From: Vicugna vicugna
Taxonomy: Eukaryota
Assembly (NCBI GenBank): GCA_013265495.1
Contig: MU058213.1
Coordinates: 5,227,149 to 5,291,148, forward strand
Reading direction: 5' to 3'
DNA: 64,000 bases
In this document: one piece after another, positions 38,301-50,315 of the stretch
How the letters are laid out: the number at the start of each line of letters is the position of its first letter
Numbering within the stretch: position 1 is the first letter of the stretch
Translations under genes and position numbers: made by a program
The notes under the pieces: generated by a model
Databases searched by the model: none
What the model saw: only the letters and a program-made list of their open reading frames with translations
What the model was told of the DNA's origin: nothing

Positions 38301-40149
38301 CAAGCCAAACCTTACACTTAAATCACTCACTCTGGAAAGTTTTTTGGTGTCCTGTGTCAGGTAGTACCATTCAGCAGACATTCATTCCTCACCCCTTGGA
38401 TTCTTTTGCAATAAATTTGCATTCACGGAGCTCTTATAACTGTTCCAGCACCACAGACTCCAATGGCTGTTGATTAAATGTATATATCCTGTGCATTTAA
38501 TCTGACTTTCATTATGGCCACTTCATAAAAATGCCACAGACTGGACAAGCGATGACACATAGCAAGAACCTGGAATCCCTGCAAAGCCTCAGATTAGGTT
38601 TTTTTTTCTCCTTCTTTATTAATAGTGACCATTTTGTGGCCTAGCTCTAAATCAGCAAAAGTATTTGACAGCAAATGTTCCTATCTATGGATTATATATA
38701 ACCCGTCCTAAACACCAGATGAAAAAGGGATAACCCCGGGAAAGGAAGGGCTAGCTTCCATGTAAATCATGTTACAAATTGGACAACACCCAGAGAGTTC
38801 ATTGTTCAGCCTCAATTGTGAAGGCCATTCCCATTTACTATTCCCCTAGAATCGATGTTAATTAAGGCAGACTGAGGCCATAAATCAGCCTGGGAGTTTA
38901 CAATGTAATTCAACATTAAGCATATATATTTAAATTAAAAGTAACTGATTAACCAGTAGAGTTTTTCCAGAAGTGGCTGAGGCCATTTCTTTATATGAAG
39001 ACATGTCACCTTTCATTTTTGTGAAGAGGAGAAATGAAAGAAATATTATCTTCTAAAAAGGTGAATTAAGGCTAGTGACTCACAACACTAGTTACTGGGA
39101 GGAAGGAAGGAGCTGTAAAGGGAGGGAAAGAAGAAAAAGAAAGGACAATCTTGGTGAAAGGAGAGGTGGTTAGCATCTTTGTTCTATCTCCCTTAAAGTT
39201 ATTAATTTTTCCATTATTCACAATCATTTATTATGTACCTACTATATGGCAAGCCTGAGCTAGGCACTGAGGATACAGAAATAAATAAAATCAGCCTCTA
39301 CCCTTGAAATAAATGCTCAGCTCTGTAGTCGGGAAGACCAACAAAGGAACAGCTCCCATAATATGATGTGGAAACAACATTCAAAAGTATTTACTAAATA
39401 CCTATGATGAATATGCTTCAAGGACTATATAGTTTACATTCTAATTTTTTAAGACATTAGACAAGTAATTTGTGTGCCTCAGATAAATTCAACCAAAGAA
39501 CCACACCTGCCTGACAGAAGCCAAGAGAACATCCTTCTGAGGAGGGGACTTGGGCTTCAGAGAAAGCACCAGGTCTCTGAACCCACAGGTGGAAAGATAG
39601 GATTGTTTTATGAGTAAGTCCTTCTCCAAGGGCTGTGCTAACAGAGCACATCTATCCACACAGGCTCAACTACACCATGCAGACCAAAGCAACCTGCAGA
39701 GAGGTCACCCAGGAGAGGAATTCGTTTTAACCCAAAGTACACGGATAACACACATTCAATAAATAATTCAGATTATTAACATTACTAGGTACCTCCCATT
39801 TACTTAACATTTTCATTATTTCATTTAATCTATATAACGAATCTGTGACGTAGGTATTTCCCTGCAAGATGACTAAACTAAAGTTTATGTTACAAGTGCA
39901 AGTTTATACTGCAAATAACTTACACGGCAAAAATGTGAACCTAGGCCTTCCGACGCTGCATACGGAGCTTTTTCATTCCTCTCAACGTTACTGGTTGCTA
40001 CCCACCTTCTCTGCTAAACTATAACCTTAAGTTAAATATCTGTGTTCAGTTAGGCCAAAGACAGGAGAAAGAACATAATCGGGAAATTTACTGTTAAGTC
40101 AGAATTGAAAACACAAATTGATCAAAAGAATAATAATGAAAGTAACATG

Positions 40150-40350
40150 AGAGTGCTTACTGTGTTCCAGGCACTGTTCCAGACACTTCACATGTATTAA
40201 CTCAATTAATCCTTAAAAATTCTGACATACAGTAGGCCCTGTCACCATCCCTGTTTCATAGACGACGAAGGAAGTGGAAGCTCAGAGGGGTACAGGAACT
40301 GGCCATGGCGAGGAATGCAGTGGCGCTGGGATCCAAAACAACACAGTCTG
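40150..40350 (-). mobile_element. MIR
   Basis: gagtgcttactgtgttccaggcactgttc...cacatgtattaactca...gaagctcagagggg. Confidence 0.65.
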
Positions 40351-40638
40351 GTACCTCGGTGTTTGTAACAGACTAGTGCCCTGGTGCAATTTTCTTGTTG
40401 CTGCAAAACTGTCAAGTGGCCAAGTGAACTGTTTCAAAATAAATTAATTAAACACGTTTCTTCCTATGGGGCAGTTTCCTTCATAATGTGGTCTCAACCG
40501 ATCTTTCTAGTCTCACCACTGGCCATTCATCACCAAGTATCTAAGTTGCAATAACATCTACAGCACAATACCGTTTATGTAAATTAAAAACAGAGACAAA
40601 AACAACACCATTTTCCCATCAAGGATATATCTGTATCT

Positions 40639-40870
40639 GGGGGGTGGGAAGGACAGACTGGGATTTCAAAATGTAGAATAGACAAACAAGATTATACTGT
40701 ATAGCACAGGGAAATATATACAAGATCTTGTCATAGCTCACAGCGAACAAAAAAATGTGACAATGAATATATGTATGTTCATGTATAACTGAAAAATTGT
40801 GCTCTACACTGGAATTTGACACAACATTGTAAAATGACTATTACTCAATAAAAAAAAATGTTAAAAAAAA
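40639..40870 (+). mobile_element. Young L1 3' end (~232 bp)
   Basis: 18-bp TSD with 2 mismatches (aaggatatatctgtatct 40621-40638; acggatgtatctgtatct 40871-40888); AATAAA plus A-tail. Confidence 0.9.
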
Positions 40871-41119
40871 ACGGATGTATCTGTATCTTAACACAGACTG
40901 GTGTGGGTGCCTGTGGGGAAACCAATGTGTGGACTAGTGTCTTACAGTGTGCCACAAAATGAGGAGATCAGTCATTTAAAATCCGTGGATCTAAGTTCCT
41001 CCTTATGAGTACCTAGACTAAAACCAGACCAGTTTCCAAATATGCTATGAACTTTTATCAGGATCTTTGAACATACTGTTCTTCCTTTCATTCTTTACCT
41101 GACAAAACATCAGGATCTT

Positions 41120-41370
41120 TCATCCTTCAAAACTCAGTTCAAATACAATCCCTCGGTAAAGCCTTCCCAAATCCCTTTAGACAGAGCTAACTGTTGGCCC
41201 TCTGACGTCTACCTAGTATCACACTGTCCTGTAATACTTCACCTCCGTCCCCCACTAGACTGTTTGCTCCTTAAGGACAAATACTATGTCACGATGTCAT
41301 CTTCATTTTTGTATCTCCAGTACCTAGAAAAGGAACAGTGAAGAAGCTGTTGCTCCATAAATGTTTGATA
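41120..41370 (+). mobile_element. L2 3' fragment
   Basis: catccttcaaaactcagttcaaat...ccccactagactg...ttgtatctccagtacctag...ataaatgtttg. Confidence 0.6.
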
Positions 41371-44300
41371 TGTATTTGTGTTACATGAGAAGCAAGTTCT
41401 TTCTTCAAACAAAAAGAAAAACAATATATATTTTGAATTCCAGGAGTCAAGGTTCTTGGAATGCTACAATCATCTATCTGGGGAAGCTGGTCCCTCAATC
41501 TACACTGAATAGCATCTCACTAATACCATGCTTCTTACTCTTCCTTGTTTGAACTAAGGTTAAGACAGTTTTTACCCAGATTATGATTCTGGATACGAGT
41601 GTGATCACCAAGACAATGGAGTTATTTACTTAACCTAAAAAGGCTGCCATACCCCAGTACTCTGCCAAAAACCATTAGAATGAAGGTGGTTCAAAAGGAA
41701 CTACTTTTCTCTGGGGCACTGGACCAGAACACTGGAATTTTCTTGAGTGATCTGAAACCTGTGAGGTCAATCTGGAACTGCAGTCTCCTCCTTCAACCAC
41801 TACCAATTATGTAGTGTGGCTACTTTATAGTTCATTATTTAAGCTGACTATGCCGAGGAGCTTATTTATACAAAGATACTACCTTAACAGTTTTATTTCC
41901 TTCCAAAGGGAAATAAAAAGAAGGAGATGAAGTACCTGTGTTCTGGTCTTGGTTTCACACTAAATGTTCAGCAAGTCTCCCACCTTCCCCAGTCCTCGGT
42001 TTCGTCCATGAGAATACTGCACTTGGCAACCAAAGATAGGCTCGTGGATGGCATCTGTGATACAAATCTTCTGTCCAGCTCCTTAACAGACACTGATAAT
42101 TGATCATGACACTCTGCACTTGAACTTTTGACTACTTTTCAACATGGCACTTTAGAAAGCTACTACCAATTAAATGAAAGATGTCATCTCAGTCTAAGGA
42201 CTTCCTAGTTCTAATGCTCTGCATATCTGAGGTCCTGGATATAGAACACATGTCACCACCAGTGCGTGCTCAATAAGAGAGTTTATCAGAGTTTCTGTGA
42301 CACTGTAGGTTTGTCTTGCTCCTTCTCTAAGTGCATGTTGATGTTTCATAACTATTTGAATAATGTATCTTCACGCCCATGGCAGAGTCCATTCTCTGGG
42401 GTCAAAAGTTATTGCCTTCTTTTCCAATTATGTCTAGTACTTGAACATGCAACTAGTATGCTAGAAAGATACCATTTAAAAAAGTGAAATTTAGCTGGAA
42501 AAGAGTCCTATAACAAACATTTAAAAACCTACGCAAAGTTATCACTAAGAACAACAGGAAATGGCCCACCTCCCCGCCCAAACTGGTTTTAGTTTCATAT
42601 TGTGAAAATATGCAGTATGCCGAGCTCATACTTTTAACAAATAAGTCTTATTAAAACAATAAAACACTATTTTAAAATACACTAACAAATAAATATCTTA
42701 TTTCTTGATCTAAATATAGTAGATGCCGCTTTGGTTAGGAAGAGATACATTCAGAGAGCTGGAAAGGGCCGTAGATATAATCTATGCAAATGGAAAGCGT
42801 TAGATAAACAAACTTGTGAAAAGAAGTCCAATGACTTGCCCAAGGTCACACAGCCCATTAGTGGCTGAATAGGGACTGGAACCCCATATCCTGATTCCCA
42901 TTCCAGGGCTTTTTCTAAATTTAAATTTTGTTGACGTTTCTTTAGAAAGCAGATTTCATGGTTGACCAGAAAATATAAGCATCTCTCACAATGTCTTTTA
43001 AAAATTATTCAGCACAAGGAATTTTGCTTGAGTCCTTTTTTTCTTCAGCACAATCAACACAAGTGACAGCAAAATAATTTTTCATTTCCTTTCTTGACAG
43101 CAAAATGTGTTGGGAAAACAGCGGTGATTTACATTCCCAATGGATCCCACTCAGAGGTGAGGTCCCAGGACATTTTCTGCCTTCTCCTCACAGGTAGAAG
43201 CAGGAATTCTGCCAGAGGATGGCAGCCACACTATCGTGATCGTTAGGTAGAAAATGATTTTCCTAGGTGTATTAAAGAACAATTTTATGCTCTTACAATC
43301 ACAGGCTGGTATCTGAGGGTACAGGAAAGGGACTTCAAAACCAATCCCTCTCCTAATGACTTCTCACAGAGGGCTAGTTTTTGAATGAGCAGAAGCACAA
43401 GGGAATGGCCAACCCTGATTGATTTAGGAGCTGGTTACAAATATGCTGAAATAAAGTGATTCCTTCGTCATATGTCCCTTTCTCTAGAATCTAGGTATCA
43501 ATGCAGGCATCAATTGCAGTTTTTATGAAACCATCACAGCTGTCAGGCTCACAGTTACCCACCAAAGGGAATTAAAATTAAAATTCATAATGGCATTTTA
43601 TTAGGGAAACACCATACAGGCATTTGGGGAAAAAACCTGTAAGTACAATTTCCTTCTATAACTATCTCATAGCATCCTAGAATTCTGGGCACCTGGTCAG
43701 GAAATGTCATCTATTTCCCCATCTCAGAAACTGTATTCCCTTCCTGGTGGAACACTTTTAAGAACTCTAACAGGGACAGTCCTCCACTACAACAAAGGCA
43801 TTCTGCCAAACAGAACTGTCCCTTCACAAACCTGAAAGGAACAGATATCTCATAGCATCTGAGAGAGGTACCCTGAAATATGAATAGAGTATTTGGTTGT
43901 GTTTTGACTTAGTAAAGATAATAAAGGTGGATTTTTGAAAGCCAATTCATGATGACTGGGCTGGTTTATACATTTTTTTTCCTAAAGACACTATTAGGAT
44001 AAAGTAACATGCAAGTCTGTTCTCCTCAAGACAAGTGTAGAGACTGAAGTTGCATAATTATTCAATAGCGATGGTTAAATGCCATAAGGGTCATGTCTAT
44101 GCATGTAAAACAAAGTAGGAAATTCACTGAGGACTGAGGTGATTAGTCTTGCATGTATTTATCTTCCTCATAGAACAAACCCAGAACGGAAGTACTGGAG
44201 TTGAAAGACCTCCATTTAAATATCAGTCTGCCTTTTACCACTTGTGTAATATTAAGCCATCTTTAAGACAGAATTTTAAAACTCTTTGAGCTTTGTCTCC

Positions 44301-47300
44301 TTTTCTGTAAAAAAGAAATAAAGCCTTTTCCTTTCAGGGCTGTTGTACAATTATGTAATAACATAAAATGTAAATGTGTCTAAGGCTTTGCTGGTTAAAA
44401 TGAAAGTTTTTCCCTTTTCTAAGTTCCCTGAAGGAAGGTCCCACCTTCATTCGGTTTCCCCCACATTCTAACACAGCACTTAACATGCAGTCATTATTCA
44501 AAAGATAAAATAAATCATGTTATACTGGGGAAACAAGCAAAGGTGGGAAAAGGAATTCGGATTGGCTGTCAACAGGTATCTGATTCATCTAAGTCGCTTT
44601 AAGTAATTTTATACATCTCAGCAGTTACTTGGGTAAAAATTCAAAACAGAGAAGCTTATCCATGTAAGCCAAGCCACATCACTTGGCCATTTCTGCAGCA
44701 GGAAGGCAATCGAGGACAATCAGGCTTGCCACACTGTCAGCTCACAGCAGAGTGGCCATGACAATACAGAGAGGCCATGAATTTTCTAATTGGAGAATCT
44801 AAACCCCTGAGGGGTTCTCAAAGCAGCAGGCATTAATAGGTGTTAGGTGTAAATAATTTCCTATCCTCAATGAATCTTTGACGTAAAGCTGCCATGTTTT
44901 ATTTCAGTAATAAAATGTTTTGTTTTTTTAATAGTAAATGCTTCAAACGATTTGTATTAAATCCTGCAGTAGATTATGACTTGGAGAGCTGAATTTTCCC
45001 CAGCTTGCCACTAAACTGCTTTTGGCTCATCAAAGGAGAGTACCAGATAGCAAATCAATAACCACACTGATCTATTTATAGGAAAAAGTTCAATTACTTT
45101 TAATTAAGCAGGGGAAAGAAGCAGTCTGAGGACTTGTCATGTTAGTTATCTCCTTTTACATGACTGCTCCATTGTTTCCACTAATGTACTTTAAAGAGAT
45201 TTACAGACAACAAAGGACAGCACTATCATTTATTTAAATTTCATTATCATTTATTTAACTTATCATTAAATTTCTACTGTTATAAGAAAAACTGTATTGA
45301 TGATCACCTCTGTATGCTACCTTGCAAAGCTGGTAGGTAGCCTTTGAATATTATAATCAAAGGTAATAAAGATATTTTTAACTTTAATGAAAAAAATCCC
45401 CACCTATTTTACTTCTAATTAAGAGGCTATTTATATAAAGCAAAATGACAAAGCAAATGTTCAAATCATTTATGGGGCAGGGGAGAAGCTTCCTGTTGAA
45501 ATACCTAGGTGGGTAGTTAGAGCAAAAGTGGGTCTGCTGCCTTCCAGCCTTCCCTCTGCTTCACGCCAGAACATCTGGCTAAAGAGTGAAGAAACACCCA
45601 AATGGCACTGTATAGGAAAACACCTAGATGACTGATTGCATTTTCTGCTTTAAAGTCAATGTTTTGATATTATAGAGACACAGCCTTTGTTCAATAGGTG
45701 TAATCTTTTACTGGCAAAAAGCATGGTTTTACAAAGCCTGCTGTGACAAGGACTAGTTTATCAATCTTAACTTTAAATCAATTAACAGATTTAAATAATG
45801 GACCCAATATTGTATGCCTGAACCAGACTTATCCTGAGTTCTAGGCTGAAAGGCAAGATAAAAGAAACGCCTTTATTAGAAAAGACTGCAAACTAGACTT
45901 TCAAAGTACACAGATAGCACCAGGTCAAAGAAGAAGCCTCTAGTGAAACTTTTAAACAGCTTTAAAATATTAATTTAACATGATTGTGCTAGAGTATTTT
46001 AAAATAAATGTTGTCTACCCAACATATTACACTAACACGCAATGATTACACAAATTGTGTCAATGTTGTAAACAGAAATAAGTTAGGACATTAGCAGTTA
46101 GGTAACAAAGACAAATCCAGCTTCTCACATATCCATATAACCTCAAAGTCTGTTTCTGAAAGTGAAAGGACACTGATGAGAGCACAGAGACAAAAGGTCA
46201 TGTTCCCCAGAGGACAGTTCAGTTTGGTCAACCTTCAGGAGACAAGGCTGGATCCAAATGAACTGGAAGGTGAAGTGGGGGCTGCCTTCTCTCCCAAAAT
46301 GAGGCTGCTGCGATCATTTAGATTAAAGGGCTCCAAGGTAATTCCAGGGACCTGTGATTCAGATTAGGGCAGACCAGGTGTTCTAGCTGATTCAGGATCC
46401 CAAGGGTTATGGCAGGAGATCTCTACCATAGACCTAACCTGTCTAATTTTCCCAGCCTCCCTCAGTCATGCCACCAGGTTTGACAAGCAACTATGCTGAA
46501 ACTCATGGAGGACTCTCTGGTCTTCTTTAACTATAAAAATGGACAAAGGTGTCCTAAGATAAAATTCTGCCTTCCTATTGCTCTTAAACTATTTACTTAT
46601 GGATCAAATTTCCGTGTGTATGAAGATCACTAAATGGTGTGACCTAGGTGTGTGATTTAATCTTTCTGTGGCTCAATTTTCTCATTTTTAACAGAGATTA
46701 GAAAACCACCTTATCCAGTGATTGTAAGGATCAAATAAGGTATTGGATTACTGAAAAGCCTGGTATAGTAAACACTCAAACTTTTAACTGATTCTGATTC
46801 TGAATGTAAACCATCAAATTCGAGCAATTTATTAGTGCTCTTAAAAAGGCAGTCACTCCTTGTTTGGTGTTTGTTTATTCATTCATATATTCTCTCTATT
46901 GCTAGCAAGTAAGACCCCTTTGCCAAACCATGAGAGACACACAGGGCAAAATGAAGAGAGAAGAAGGTAAAGATGAAGGCCATCCAACACATCAAATGGT
47001 CTTTTTGAATTTCTGACTGTGACCTTTCTCCGACTCAGCCATGAAGACAGGCTAATGCAGGTGGGGTCAAACACACGAGGGTGGCCTCGTCCTCAGAGGG
47101 CCTGAGCAGTGGTGTGGGAAATACACTTGAAGAAGAAACTTCAGGAAGGGCTTTAAGGACCTCCTGTCAGTCTTGAGAAAGCAGAATGTGACTTCTTTTT
47201 GTCTTCTGCTTGGAAACAAATGTTCCTTTGCCTATCTTCCCTAGGTTTAATTAGTCTTCTGTCTTTCTCAGAATTCACCCTGTTCATTTGCAAATGGAAG

Positions 47301-47683
47301 ACATCAGAAAGGTTAGTGAGTGTGGGTGAGGGTGTTGGGGGGTGAAGGAGGCTGAAGTGTTTATTTTCAAAGCCACGGGAGTCCCCATTTGAAAAAGCAC
47401 CCAGCTTATCTCAATGTTTTTGTTTGTATGATTTTGAATTAAAAGGCTGGAACAATTCATTTAGGAGATTAGGCTGTCTTACAATGGGCCTAGATGCCCT
47501 GTTTACTCACAAACTAGTAATACTAGGGATTAAAAAAAGTCTTTCTACTACACGCCTTTTTATTATTCAAGTACAACAATTTTAAAGGATTCCTTTGGTC
47601 TTTGATTTTATTGCCAATTAATTTTACATTAAAATAATGTTTATTTGCTGGTCACAGATAAACAAACCACGTGTGTAACAGTT

Positions 47684-47883
47684 TAGGGTTGCCAGTTTTA
47701 GCAAATAAAAATACAGGATGCCTAGTTAAATATAAATTTCAGAAAAACAATGAATTAAATTTCAGTATATGTATGTCCCAAATCACTGGCAAATCATGAG
47801 GCATACTTATATTTTAGAAGTATTCATTATTTAACTAAAATTTAAATTTAACTAGACACCCTATATTTTTATCTGGCACCCCT
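47684..47883. mobile_element. MER53-like palindromic hAT MITE
   Basis: TIRs tagggttgccag / ctggcacccct; internal inverted arms aaaatacaggatgcctagttaaat / atttaactagacaccctatatttt. Confidence 0.8.
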
Positions 47884-50290
47884 CCGAGGTTTTCATGGAT
47901 GTTGCACACTTTCCAAGGATGCCAAAGATGAGAACTGGAAGTCCATTTTATTATTATATTTAAACTTGCTCCCTGCAGCTTTGAAGTAATTCATAACTCA
48001 GAATAATAATCCCCAGTTAATAAACAGATATACTGATACCTTAGGAAATCAAGTGAATTTTAATCAGAGGATGAGACCTACTTCTAACCTCCAAAGCCCA
48101 TTCCATTTATGATAATTTTTCTCATTCAGAAAAAGTGAAACATAAAAGGGACAACTGGTATCTTCAGTAGAATTACGTTAATGTCACAAACTACTACATT
48201 AAAAGGACAACATCATCTTTCATTTAAGTTACAAAGTAAACATCCTATGCAAAGAAGGGCTGAAATACCACAGTGCATATCCTAAGACTGAAGAGGCCTT
48301 TGAACCAATAAATGAGTGATTTCTCCACAGGAGACTAAGCATTTGCCTGTGACAGTAAACAAAAAACAAGCTGAATTCTGTGTTGAAAAACCATGTTAAT
48401 TTATCTGTTGACATAAATAGTTAAATGAAGAGAGGGATTATTGAATTCTTTCTTTCAATTAAAATTAGCATTTTTGTCCTTGACTTAAACCCTAGCAAAT
48501 ACTTTCAAACATAATTATACCTATTTCATACTTAAATGATTAAATGCTTCCTCTCTGCTCTTGGCCATTACAAATATACAGAAGGGTATATGTGATGCCT
48601 TCCCTACCGCAGGAAGCGGATTGTAATATTTGTAGTAATTCATTCCTAAAACCCTGAGTTAATAAAATGTGATGAACTAGTGGGCCTAATTGTGCACAGC
48701 TTACAGCTTATAGAGTCAATTTCATTACCTTAAAGTCACATCTAATATTTAGGAAGAAACTTTCTTTTGGAGACCTCAAATCACCTTAATTTTTCTTTTC
48801 CTTTCTTTCTTTCTTTCTTCTTCTTTTTTTTAAATAGGTACCATCCCAGAAAAGGAAAAATAAAAAGGAAAGGAGACATCAAGTGAGAAGCTCAAATTAA
48901 TCTTCAAATATTTGGTCAAGAAAGCCCTGCCTTCCATTTGCATAAAATAATAGAAAAATCTTGCTAGGACCTGATTTTGAAATAAACCTCATGTTCTAGG
49001 TAAGACTTGCTAAGAAATGCCACTGAAAGCTGCCTCTTGACCCGGAATTCCTCTATAAGAAAAACTAACCATAACTACATGTGAGACCTATATGAGAAAC
49101 TGCTGGAATGTCAACTTCATTTGCAGTGGCCCATATGGCCTGATCACTCTCTCTGGCATGATAAATCACTGGCAGAATCCTTACCTTCCTACGTTTGATC
49201 TCTGCTCAGCAAGATGTGGTTTTGATGTGAAGAACTCCAGATCTCCTGGGTCAGAGACAAATAGCAGTGCCACTGACCTGCAAAGTGCTAAGTCTCTATT
49301 AGACTCAAGTGAAAAGCTGTAAGCTCCTGACAAGTTCCCTCTCCACAGAGCTTCCCTGACCCGCCGTGGTTTTCACGAGCTTAGGTCGAAAGAGAAGCTG
49401 CCGAAATGGTCTAGAAGAAAAGTGCCAACAAACCTTTTCTTTCTACCACTATTATCAAGTATTAAAATCAGTGATCCCTAAGATTAAAGGAGGAATTCTC
49501 TTGGGAGTCACTGCTCTAATTTCTAGTACTCTAAGTGTTCAGTGAACACAAAAATTTTTACTTCCAGTGGATCTTTATGACACTGCTAAACACTCATTTA
49601 TATAAGGAGAATCATTAACAGATTTCCGTGGACTGCTTTTTGTTAATTTTAAGTCTACCTTTGGGAAAATATTTTTTAAGAACATTATTCTGAGTGAAAA
49701 TTCGGGGTACCAGAAAGACTGTAACTAGGTATACAAACAAGTTTGGTATTTCCCTCCGGACCTCAAGCCTAGGTTGGGACCCAGGAAATTAAAGAGTTCT
49801 GAAGAATCAGGGTGAGGTAAAGAATCTTAGAGCTATTCTAATTCAGCTATTTTCATAAGTACTAGGTGGGTTAATAAACAAGCATTTCATTCCGTCCTAT
49901 CACTTTGTAAGTAATAAAAATGATGCTCAGGGAATTTAAATAACTCATTCAGTGTCACAAAGCATTTTCATATCCCAAGAGCCTGGTATAAAAGGAAGTA
50001 CTCAATGAGTGATCGAGTAATTTGTTCATTCGTTAGTTCAGTGAGTATTTATTGTGTGCCTCCATGTACAAGGGACAGCTAGATGAGCATACATCCATGG
50101 CAGAGCTGGGACTGTGGCATAGGTCTTCTAGTGCCCAGTCTGCTGCCTTGCTCACTACTGCACAATGCACCCTGAGGGGCTTGTATTTCAAAGGAAGGAG
50201 TAAGTGAGTGGGAGTGGAGGAGGGGAGTTTTCCACCCTAAAGAGGGGGGGGGGGGGGGGTGAACCAAAATTTTTTTTAAAAAAAAAACCA

Positions 50291-50315
50291 NNNNNNNNNN
50301 NNNNNNNNNNNNNNN
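50291..50315. other. Assembly gap (25 N)
   Basis: Run of n characters. Confidence 1.

Noticed and set aside
46190..46235. Nuclear-receptor half-sites as a possible RARE feedback element
   Set aside because: AGTTCA-gtt-TGGTCA is an imperfect DR3, not a DR1/2/5 RARE; such half-sites are expected by chance. My scan for RAREs was by eye and not exhaustive.
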